Below are positions 48,535 to 60,338 of a stretch of DNA of 64,000 nucleotides, piece by piece. The DNA is from Macrostomum lignano (taxonomy: Eukaryota): contig NIVC01000151.1 in NCBI GenBank assembly GCA_002269645.1, positions 620,001-684,000 of the forward strand. The letters are read 5' to 3'. Each line of letters starts with the position of its first letter. Position 1 is the stretch's first letter. Position numbers and translations under genes: made by a program. The notes beneath the pieces are model-generated. The model searched no databases. It was not told the origin of the DNA and was given only the letters and a program-made list of their open reading frames with translations.

Positions 48535-49146
48535 TCATGAGAATAATAGTGCTCATCATTGAAGTATTTATGACACACATTTTATAAATGTGCTATAGAT
48601 ATTTATTTATGCAAACTTAGATAATTAAAAAAATCATGCACAGAAAATCATTTACTATATAACAGACAGTCCTGTATTAATTTAGGCAAGTGTAGATTGG
48701 ATGAAAATTAGTATTTTAGTATCAGCATTTACCATTGGAATACAAATTAAAAAAACAGAAACAGTTCCAAAACATTTACAATGAACAATTCTGAGCATGC
48801 TAGAAATATTGTAAAAAACAGCATAATGTGGAATGAAAAAAATAGACAACTATTTTTTGGCTAAGCTTTACTGAATTTTAGGTGATAGGAACTGTTTGTC
48901 AGAAATCTTTAAGGAAATAGGTATTTGTTGCATGTCTTGAAACAAACTCTAAGAAAGGATTTACAAACTGGTTTTCAACATATCTTTTATATTTTAAGTA
49001 GAATTAGACAACACTAGTCATATGATAGAAAAATTTAATACAAGAAGGCTAGCCATAGAATAGAACATTCTAATACAATAAGTTTCAAGAGCTAAGGTCA
49101 ATTGATTATATATATATATCATCGAGTAAGGCTTAACTTATGCACC

Positions 49147-51713
49147 TGGTTATGCTTCATTGGATACCCAAGCAAGGCAGTACGTCGCCTCGACGTCGCT
49201 ATGAAGTCGCCATTGGTCGCCATCGTCGCGGGCAAATATTGGTTGCACTTTTTTAGTCGGGGCGACGTCATCTTGCGACGTAGGCTTTTTTTCAAAAATT
49301 ATTTGATATGCTATAGAAGATCTTATATCCTTACTTAAATTGGAATAACTTTTTTATGAATTTTTAAACTAGTTGAGCTGAACTATCCTTTATTTCTACA
49401 CGAAGGTTATTTGCTCGTTTGTTATACGATGGATAGTAAAATTTTCTTGATCGAAGTAGCAAAATACGAACTGTTTCTTTTGACAATAAGTAAATTTACT
49501 GATTAATAGTGACAGAAGTAGCTAAATAATTAATTCTGCATTTGATCTCTGTACCTTGTGTGGTATAATATTGTATGACCTTATATTTCTAAGATAATAG
49601 AGGTCTGTGGTCAACTGTCTTTAACGATTATTCAAATTTATCATTTTCTTTGTGCTGTCTACATCTTAACAAGCAAACCTAATTTTGCCTCAGCCTACCT
49701 ACCTATAAATATTGTGTTGTGTTTTGGCCAAATCAAAAGGCTTGTCAAATCAAGTTCATAAAGTGGAGCCTGTTCCTTAGTAACCTATGATGCTATGTAC
49801 ACAAATGATGTCATTCTGCTTACAATGACATTAGAAAGCTGGGTTGGAAAAAAGCAATAAAAATTGGACTTTAAATAGGGGAAAACAAGCAAGGGGATAA
49901 TAGAGACTTTATTTTATAAGCTTAAGTTGGCCTTTTATATTGTTAGGCCTTAATTTAATAATGTAGACTATTGACTAGACCTAGGCTATCTAATAAGATG
50001 TGATTTACAAAATTATTTATATTTATAATGATATACATGATACATATTAATGTTAATAGTCAGGCCCTAACTTTATTTAATCTAATCTTTGGCCAAAATT
50101 CATATTTTGAAAATTAGTCTAGTGTACTATTAATTAGGAATTTAAGAGGTTAGTTTATAGAATATTTTTGCATTTTTAGGCCTATACTTTTATAATGACT
50201 ATGTATTGGGATTGCCATTAGCATGCCATTGATTAGGCCCTATTTTGTCTATTTATTTTAAATTGCTTTATAATTTATGCTTTGAAAACTTAACCAATTT
50301 CTATGTCTAACTTGGCTTTTAGGTAAGCCTATTATTTTTTGCCTTTTATCCCTCAATTTATTGATAGAAATTAAAAAATTCTAATAAAATCTAATATAAT
50401 TATTAAATATCTAATCTTATTTTAATCTTTGATAATTATCTAATTATCTAATAAATTAATAATTAAATTAATGTAACTAACTAAAAAGGCCTATAAATCT
50501 TTATATTAAATAATAGCTACCTATAGATTATTTAAAATTGATTTTTATAAGCTTTTATTCTATGTATTTCCTTGAAAAAAATATTCATTTTTTGTTTCTT
50601 ATATACAAATAATATATTTTTTATCAAATTTTGCATTGCAGATGGCATACTTTGCCCAAGAAGTTAAATAATGTCATGCTCCCATCATGTGCACCAGATA
50701 AGGCAATTGCAGCTAATTACAGCAGAATACCAAAGAGATTATGTCAACACAAAGCCTGATGAACATTCATGAGCATTGAGCAGGTCCATCAGGACATCAG
50801 CAAGACAATAACTGGACAAGTGCAGGAACTTCCATTTCTGTATTTCCTGATGCATCTGAGTCATGATGTGGAGGACCATGGCGAAGTTGGCTGCTTTCAG
50901 TGTCCCACCATTTCCTTTTAAGAATAGTGAGTATGCTTAATGCTTAAAGTCAGATATTTCAAGTTAGAAAAATGAAACTTAATTTCTTTCCTGTTGTAAA
51001 ATGATAATGTTCAGCATTGTAGTCCAATTGTCACTAATGTAATGTACTGATAAATTTCATTGCAGCATAATTGCTTTGTTCACAAGCTGTGCATGCAGTG
51101 CAGTTCCATCGCCGGCTCCAGGACCTAGTTCTCTGCAGTCTGAATCGAGGGGGACTTGATGAGAAGGAAATGGTTCGATTTAAGTAATAATTATGCTGCC
51201 AACATGTTGTAAGGTTTAACTGGAAAATCTGGAGCAATTTCGTTTGACACTTTTTTATTGTCCCTTTGACCCTTCTTAGTGGGTAAAATATCTGCACTTC
51301 AAAATCATTTGTTTTTTAGTGTAACTGTGTAAAAATTACTTTTCTGATAATAATAACTAAATAAACCAACAAAAAACCTTTTTTTAAATTGAATTATATT
51401 GAATAATTTATAAATTCAATCAAGATATTTAACCAGAGCAAGGTAGCTTATTAATCTTCGTTTAATTTCATCTATAATCTTAGTAAAAATTAATGGAATT
51501 ATGATTTCGAGATTCGCACTATATTAAAGGTGCTAAGCAATCTGTAATAGATGGTCGTCGTTTGGTCGCCAGTACGTGAAATTCTGACGTCGCCTGGGGT
51601 CGTAATGACGACGTCGCCGCGCGCGACAAAATGGCTGGTTTGGCGACGTTATTTTGCGATGTGTTAGCGACGTCGAAGCAACGGCATTGCTTTGACTGGG
51701 AGAAGCATAACCA
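49147..51713. mobile_element. Non-autonomous or decayed DNA transposon with CpG-rich inverted termini (CMC/EnSpm-like)
   Basis: TGGTTATGCTTC...CCCAAGCAAGGCAGTACGTCGCCTCGACGTCGCTA at left; its imperfect reverse complement ends CTGGG.GAAGCATAACCA at right. Multiple GCGACGTCG subterminal motifs, very AT-rich interior. No TSD identified. Confidence 0.55.
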
Positions 51714-52184
51714 ATTACAAAAATATATAACTTCAGAAAATATAGACGTTTTAAAACTAGACTTACTGTAATAGGAATTTTGGACAGTCTTAAAATTATC
51801 GGGAAAGAATTACTATTGTGTGTTAGGCTTAGCCTATCAGGATTTGGTTCCAGCCTCAGTTATTGTGGCTAGAGCAGCAAATATATTCTATTATAAACCA
51901 GGCTTAAAATTGATAATTTCGTAGAATTTAATATTTAATAAACTATAAACGGACAAAAAATATACATGAAATGTTTTTTGAAACGGAAAGTTGAAAATGT
52001 CAAGGGACAGCCTCGGAAAACTCTGCGCACTGTACGCATGCGGTGGTATGGTTGAAAAAATAATTAGTTAATAAGAATTTCTATTTCACAGCTTTTTTTT
52101 AAATTTACGCTAAAATATTTGAGCAAAAAATATTCTTGATCTAAACAAAGACGTTGGTTAGTTATAAAACTTGTTGTTTTTTGT

Positions 52185-55100
52185 TTGTCTTTTACTTTTA
52201 AAAAAACCCGCGGGCACACGTTTCGAACAACGGTTGAAATCACGTATTCTTTGAAATTTGAAACAACTCTCTGTGCAGACAACATGATCAACCAGGCCTT
52301 TATTCAAAACGATACGAAACAACTTTGGAACCTATTAAAAACACTAAATCACTCCAACAACAGAGTAACAATTGATGAAAAATTTGTCATACACTTCCAA
52401 AATCTTGTAACTGAACAAGACAGCAACATTAGGCTATCATACAATCTTCACCTTGACAACCCTACTCTGGCTGATTTAGAGGCTTTCAATGCCCCATTCA
52501 CCAAAGAAGAAGTTATAAAACATATCAAAAAGCTCAAAACCGACAAAGCACCTGGGCACGATAAAGTATACGTAGAAACACTCAAATACCTCGAGAACGA
52601 ACTTTCTGACTTCCTATGCTCACTTTTCAACGAAGCACTCAAACAAGGAACCTTCCCGACTAGTTGGATAACAAATACACTTCATCCGATTTATAAAAAC
52701 AAAGGCAGCAGTGCCGACCCCAACAATTACAGAGGAATCTGCATTCAACCAATTCTTGGCAAGCTCTTTTGCCAAATTATTAAATCCAGACTCGAAAACC
52801 TAGCATACGCAAACAATCTTATATCAAAATACCAATACGGTTTCAAGCCCATTCACAGCACAATCGACCAATGTTTTAATCTTTACAACATTATAAACCA
52901 ATCCATTTACAACAAAGAAGAACTCTTTATTGGATTTGTTGACTATGAAAAAGCCTTCGATAGCTTAAACCAACCGACCCTTTGGCACAAAACAGACAAC
53001 CAGGGTATTAAAGGTCAAATGACAAAACTTATCAAGAACATGCATAAAAATGCCTGCTTCATTCTAAAAAAAGATGATGATGATGATGAAACCCAGCCAA
53101 TCCCAATATCTAAAGGGGTGTTCTTCAAGGCAATCCTCTCTCTACCATCCTTTTTGAGCTATATATTGACGACATTGTTGAATATCTTGAACTCTCTAGC
53201 GCGCTAGACGCTCTCTTACGAGATCTGCTTTCCCACTCATCCTACTCTTTGCGGACGATCAAGCCATTCTAGCTAAAAACAAAGACGAACTTCAAGACAC
53301 ATTTACGACTATGGAAAATTACTGCAAGCAAAATTACTTGAAAGTAAATGCAAGCAAAACAAAGTTTATGCAGGCAGTACCAGACAAAAAAACGACACAG
53401 AAAGCTTTGCTACAAAAATATTCTACGACAACCAAGAAATAGAGGAAGTAAATGAATTTAAATACCTGGGAATTATTTTTGAACCAAAAAACAGCTTTAA
53501 AAAATGTATTGAACACCAAACTAAGCAGGGATATACAGCTATGTTTTCCCTACTCCACAAGGTAAAAAATACGTCCCTGGACATCACACTCATTCGCAGA
53601 CTATTCGACGCGCTTGTTACCCCCGTTATCACGTACGGCTGTGAGCTCTGGGGCCCTCTGGCTACCATTTCTGAAACAAAAGCTATTGATAACATTCAGC
53701 TGAAATTCTACAAATATCTCCTCAATCTACCAAAATTTGCTAGCAACAGTGTGATATCATCAGAACTTGAGCTTACTCCAATCTCCCAACGAATTGCTAA
53801 AACCTACCTTACCTACTGGCTGAAGATTAGACACCAAAAACTTTGCCAAACGACACTAGAAATTTTCTACTCAAACACCAGCCAAAAAAATCCATGGAAA
53901 ACGAATATACTAAAGAAACTGGAAAGCATAGACTTAAAAGCACTAACTGAAGATAAACTTTCCCAAAGCTTTAATAACGAGAAATACATGGTACCTAATG
54001 AAAAAGCACCTCAAGATACACAGAGAAAGAGAACTTAGCCAAAAGCTAGAGAATCAGCAACATATTAAACTCTACAAAAACGCCTATCTCTACAAAAAAA
54101 TCTGCAGGCCCGACCTTTCAGATTACTTTCCATGCACATTTAGAAACAAAAAATTCCTAACAACCCTCCTAAAAACCAACGTAAAGTTAGCCGCATGCCC
54201 AGCCTCACATTTTTTAAAACAGCTTGGTCCACCCGTGGAAATGACTTAAATCAAAAGTTTTTCGCTAGACTAGCTTGGTCCAGAGGGTTTCAGACCTTCC
54301 CAAAGTAAAGCCTTGGTTCTAGACACAAAATAAAATTCGTCAAAGCCGGAAAAATGCGGCTGGACCATGGGCTGGAATCCCGAGAGTGTAGGATACGCTG
54401 AAAGTCTGGTCCACTTGCGGAATCTCGATTTCCTATCTATTTTGCATATTTTGGTACACGTTTGAGGCAAATCGGTTGGATAACAAAAATTCTACAGGCC
54501 TCCAAAGTTCGGAATTCTAACAAATTGGAACATTTCCCTTTCTGTGGCTTACGGAGGGTTACAAAATCTTGGTCAACAAAAGGAATATGAAACTACTACA
54601 TCTGTTCTTTGATTTGACATAAGAAATGACCGTCTACACTCCTGTATTGCTGAGATATAGCCGCATGAACAATGTACCGTCAGTTGAGCACATTGTAAAA
54701 AATAATCGTAAACGCATTAAACGCATTAAAACGCATTTTCGTGCGCGAAAAAAGAAAAAAAATTTAATAAAGCATGCGCCATTTTGATTGCTTAAATTAA
54801 TTTCTATATAATAAATTAATTAGATTTTATTCCAAATATTGTCTTTTAAGAAAGTAAGTGTAGGAGGGTATAAAAATCCCAATAATAATTTCTTATGAAT
54901 ATAGGCTACTCAAACTCAAAGTAATAAAGCCATAATAAAACAATTAGTTGGTAATGTCTATTGGTTCCATTAGACATTTTGTATTTCTTTCTATATCTTG
55001 CTTTATAAATATTTTCACACTGCCACAGTAAACAAATGTCTCTAGAGCCCTGTCAGAAATATTTAATAAACTAGCCTACTTAGAGTCCTATAAACACAGG

Positions 55101-56240
55101 CACAATGGGCTTGTGCTTTTTTCCACTGGCTACACTATAGCTTTTAAACTAAACTTACTGTCTAATGCTTACTACAAAGCTTGGTATTTTGGTATTGTAT
55201 TTTTCTTCCATTTGGTATAGCTATATCTATTTTATAAATTTGGACTAAATATGAAAAATAACAGTAAAGACAAACCGTTTTTGATATATTGGTATTTGAA
55301 ATGCCAATGGCATTCGAAATTAATTTAAGCAATCAAAATGGCGCATGCTTTATTAAATTTTTTTTCTTTTTTCGTGCACGAAAATGCGTTTTAATGCGTT
55401 TAATGCGTTTACGATTATTTTTTACAATGTGCTCAACTGACGGTACATTGTTCATGCGGCTATATCTCAGCAATACAGGAGTGTAGACGGTCATTTCTTA
55501 TGTCAAATCAAAGAACAGATGTAGTAGTTTCATATTCCTTTTGTGGACCAAGATTTTGTAACCCTCCGTAAGCCACAGAAAGGGAAATGTTCCAATTTGT
55601 TAGAATTCCGAACTTTGGAGGCCTGTAGAATTTTTGTTATCCAACCGATTTGCCTCAAACGTGTACCAAAATATGCAAAATAGATAGGAAATCGAGATTC
55701 CGCAAGTGGACCAGACTTTCAGCGTATCCTACACTCTCGGGATTCCAGCCCATGGTCCAGCCGCATTTTTCCGGCTTTGACGAATTTTATTTTGTGTCTA
55801 GAACCAAGGCTTTACTTTGGGAAGGTCTGAAACCCTCTGGACCAAGCTAGTCTAGCGAAAAACTTTTGATTTAAGTCATTTCCACGGGTGGACCAAGCTG
55901 TTTTAAAAAATGTGAGGCTGGGCATGCGGCTAACTTTACGTTGGTTCCTAAAACTGAAATGTGAGATTACACCCAACATTTTTTCTCAAGAAGCATGTAG
56001 ACTGTGTGGAGCGAGAAATGGTTCAGATATCCTACACTACTTGACCGAATGTCCACAAACTGAAGAGATCAGAAAAAAAATACTTCTGTCAATACTTAAA
56101 TGACAAACAAATACACAAGATAGGATATGCTACAAATGAAAAAAGAGTCAGAAAAGAGCTCACTGGTGTAGCTAAAATATATGAAGTCATGAATAGCTAA
56201 AACAGTCATGCAAACTGAAACAGATATATGTATACATCAG
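52185..56240 (+). mobile_element. 5'-truncated LINE (RT plus C-terminal zinc knuckle), interrupted by a TIR element
   Basis: KAPGHD, YKNKGSSADPNNYRGI, QYGFK, FVDYEKAFDS, LLFADDQAIL, KYLGI motifs with frameshifts. Removing 54175-55945 and one TSD copy restores LTTLLKLKCEITP...CRLCG..DILHYLTECP. Confidence 0.9.
54175..55945. mobile_element. 1771-bp foldback-type DNA transposon: 630-bp near-identical TIRs, 511-bp spacer, 8-bp TSD
   Basis: TIRs 54175-54804 and 55316-55945 (termini ACCAACGTAAAG); TSD TCCTAAAA at 54167-54174 and 55946-55953; only a few arm mismatches seen. Confidence 0.93.
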
Positions 56241-56739
56241 CAGTGTAATAAATCCGCTTTTCAGTTGTTTATTCATTTACTGTCCTTTTTAATTCCCTAT
56301 TTAATTTGTCGTTAATCGTTAGACGTTAAGTTCGTTTGAAGTGTGTTTATGCTCGTTTTTTCACGCTTTGAAATATCACGCGCTTTCAAAAATACTATAT
56401 CTTTTTACAAAAATCGCCTATTATTGAGAACAATCCTTAATTATACTAGATATTTGTTATATTGACAAAATAATATTTAACTAACTTTTCTGAATCGCAT
56501 TTTTATAGAAGAATCGTTTTGCATTAAGGTCATATATATACAACATCGATTTTCTATTTTTCCTTGCTTAGAATCTTGTTGTTCCGTCGTTAGTCGTTAA
56601 TCGGCTGAAAAAACCGTAAAAAAAATTCCAGACGCTCTTTCAAATACCTTGCATGTAATACAAATATCGTAACTCGTTTTTGACAGCGATCGTGTAAAAA
56701 TTTAACCTTTTGAATAAATACTAATTACTAAATACATCG

Positions 56740-59300
56740 GATTATACTGGCATAACAGGCTCCTTAAGCCTGAGCCAAATTTACTACTTACTTACTAAAT
56801 TCTAATCTAAATCATGTTTGAACTTTCATGATCTGAGAATATAGCTTCTTTTCTATTTATTTTCTGCAATTTTTCCCTGTCTGCAGGGAAGGGGGGATGT
56901 ATCCCCCTGAAGAGCCTGACCAAAACTTTTTTGTTGCCCTTTGTTGCTATACATGCTACCATGTGACTCTGTCATAGCACTTTTACCTTGGTGTATCCCC
57001 CCTTAGGAAATTCTGCCTGTCTGTGGGTTCTCAAAAAAACTTGCATGTAATAACTATGTACTTTAAAGAAGCTGAGAGAAATATTTGTGAAATATGTTAC
57101 ATAGAATAGATATGCTATAGTATAGATAAAACAGTAATAATATTACTGGTATAGTATATAATCAAATTTTATTTGTAATTTGCTCATATTATTGGCATTT
57201 AGACTAGGCCTAACTTTGTAAAAAATATGATTTGCATATTATTATATTTGTGTTTAATTTTTATTTTTAATAATACAAGAGATAGGCTTAGTCTGTTAGT
57301 CATAACACAGGCTGGCAATTGTCCAGTTTCATTCATTAGGCCTAAATGATTTTGATTCTAGAAAAGTCAGAAAAATATAAAAGCCCTACTTTTATATTGA
57401 ACATTTAATAAAGAATATTTAATTTATATATCCTACTTAATGGATACAAGGGAGTACAAGATTAGGATCCTGACCCTAAAACTTAAAAAAAGGAATTGGA
57501 AATGGGTCTTTTGCTTCAAAATTTGTATAATTTTTTGCTTGAATGCATTTTTATTAACTTGTACTATATTCATAGTACAAGTTGTAGTTGTGAATTTGTA
57601 TTCTTTTAATTTTTAATTTTTAAGTTTAAGTTGTCTTAGTTATTAGGGCCTACTTTGTTAGTTAGGCCTACTAAACTTTGTATTTATTTAGTATTCTAAG
57701 CCTATTATGTTTTACCTGTGACATTTTGTATTTATATTATATATATTGTCTCTTCTTTATAATTCTATATAGACCTACAAACTGTAGCCAGCCCTAGCCC
57801 TAGGTATAGTATAGTACATTAAAAGACCTGATACTAGACTTAGGAACCTACTAGAAACCTTATCTTATTCTTTGATCTCAATCCTAAAGCCTAAACTTAA
57901 GAAAAATTATTCCTAGGCCAAGGTCTAATCCTAATGCTGCCTAATGACTTCAATCCTATCAAACCTTTATCTAGCAATCATAAATTCTAACTAAATTTTA
58001 GTATATATAAATCAGCCTACCTATCCTTAAAGTAGACCCTAAGCATATATTTGTAAAACTTAATTTTTAAATAAAGGCATATTTCTTTATAGACTTTTAA
58101 AAGTTGTTAATTAAAGAACTTATGAGTTATGTAGCATATCAGGTCGGGGAAAGGTTTTTTGCATAGGAAAGGAAGGTATCCAATGCAATTTATACCTAGG
58201 CTGCAATATTGTTTTATTTATTAAAACTAAGTGTACTATGGGGTTATTCCTCTATCTTTATGAATTACCCTAAAGCTATTACTGAGTTGTACTAGGGCTA
58301 TACTTCTTTCTATATTAAATGTCCTAATGTTGGTAGCTGCTACCAAAACTATTCTATTAATAAATTATAAATTTCCTTGGAACACTCCTTATCAATTCTT
58401 AATCTTCTTGACTGGTTTGAACCGCAGGCAGTGAGTTGGTCTTTTACTACCAAAACTTACTTCTATTTATACTATATTTCATTACTAGTTCAAACAAAAA
58501 GCTTTGTCAGCTACTTAGTACTACTACTTGGGTATTTTTCAGGTTGGCATTTTTGCGACTTCCTTGGTTGGCTGCCAAATTGGTTGGCTAGATCAGCCGA
58601 CTTGGCCGACTGTTGTGCATGTATGAGTATACTCAACTAGAAATGCTTGCTAGGCATATTCTAAATGTGCCTGCCTTTAGCATAGTTTCTAAATGTTTCT
58701 TTAATGCTAAGGGACTGATTGTGACTAAGAAGAGGAATAGGCTCTTAGTAAAAACTGCACAATAGCTATTGTTCATTAAAGCTAATTTGAACTTGAAGCT
58801 CTAAATAAATTTAATTAATATAAAAGAATTAAAAATTACATCTCAATTGTTTGCTTTCAATTGATTGCTTTGTTGGCTTTAAAATTTTAGGTTTTGGGTT
58901 CATATAAATCTTTGATTTTAGGTTTTGAGTGGTTGCTAAAATCATTTCTAGGCTATCTTAATTTTAAAATTTCATTTTTATAAAGTTTTGGTCATATAAA
59001 CAACAATGCTTTTTGGCAGTGTGCCTATCAAATCTTAAAATACTTTATACTTAGTAATAAAAAAAATATTTAAAAAATAATAAAATTATCTGTTTACAAT
59101 TTTTCTTATTTTGGCCTAGCTTTTCAAGGTTTTATAGGCATATTTATTTATTAGAAGCCTAAATTTTCTTATTAGTCAACAAAGGACTAAATAAATATAA
59201 AAAATATTATATAAATATAATAGGATTATACAAATATTTGTTGGCTATTAATAGCTAAGCTTATGAAGTAGGCCTTTTCTATTTAACTAATTTATTCATC
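56740..59300 (+). mobile_element. Heavily mutated hAT-type transposon remnant
   Basis: 58628-58804 reads YTQLEMLARHILNVPAFSIVSKCFFNAKGLIVTKKRNRLLVKTAQ*LLFIKANL, matching the hAT C-terminal dimerisation motif (LAR..L.VPASS..SER.FS.AG...T..RNRL....LLF). Element boundaries approximate. Confidence 0.7.
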
Positions 59301-59779
59301 AATTCTATTATATTCAGATCCATGCGAAAACTAAAAAACTCATTTTGTCATTCTGTATGCCTTTTCCAAAATATTTTAATGATTTAATTTTTGTCTTAGT
59401 AAGACAGTCATAGTTACTCTTGCCGTTTACCCAAAGTTGCGTTTATTTTGCTTTAGAGTTTTTTATATGTAAGTCGCATTTTTGTTAAAACTAAGTTGCA
59501 TGGCCGACCGAATTTTTTAGGTTGCTCATGTATGAGCATACTCATGTCTATTGTCTGCCCACTAATGCAATGTGGCAGCTATCTACTGATTGGTTTCACT
59601 AGGTCATAGACTTTCAGTATCATAAAAATGTCTATATAATAAGTATATAAAGAGAGGCACTTAATTTTGATTGCACAGTGCTAATTAGTCCTCTACCAGA
59701 AAGTCTCTGACTCAAATCCTAATGTAGCTTCAGAACATATATGAGTGGATTGAGTAGGTTTTATTTGTTTGCTGACAAT

Positions 59780-60285
59780 TATTAGGAATTAGAAAACAAA
59801 TGCAATGTGCCCACTAGCGGATCTCAGATTATTCAGTGATATGTTATTAGGAATTAGAAAACCAATGTAATGTGCCTGCTTGCAGATCTCAGATTATTCA
59901 GTGATATGTTATTAGGAATTAGAAAACCAATGTAATGTGCCTGCTTGCAGATCTCAGATTATTCAGTGATATGTTATTAGGAATTAGAAAACCAATGTAA
60001 TGTGCCTGCTTGCAGATCTCAGATTATTCAGTGATATGTTATTAGGAATTAGAAAACCAATGTAATGTGCCTGCTTGCAGATCTCAGATTATTCAGTGAC
60101 ATGTTATTAGGAATTAGAAAACCAATGTAATGTGCCTGCTTGCAGATCTCAGATTATTCAGTGATTTATTATTAGGAATTAGAAAACCAATGTAATGTGC
60201 CTGCTTGCAGATTTCAGATTTTTCAGTGATATGTTGTTATTAAGAATTAGAAAAACAATGCAATGTGCCTGCTTGCAGATCTCTC
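59780..60285. repeat. 65-bp tandem repeat containing the splice acceptor upstream of importin alpha
   Basis: Seven copies of CCTGCTTGCAG|AT (AG ends at 59885, 59950, 60015, 60080, 60145, 60210, 60278). Confidence 0.93.
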
Positions 60286-60338
60286 CAGAAGACGCTGAAC
60301 CTGATCCTGCCGCCGCGGCCTCCTCGCAGCCGCCATCC

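Noticed and set aside
54270-55850. Identical 66-aa ORFs at 54270-54470 (-) and 55650-55850 (+)
   Set aside because: They are mirror translations of the two TIR arms with non-ATG starts, not genes.
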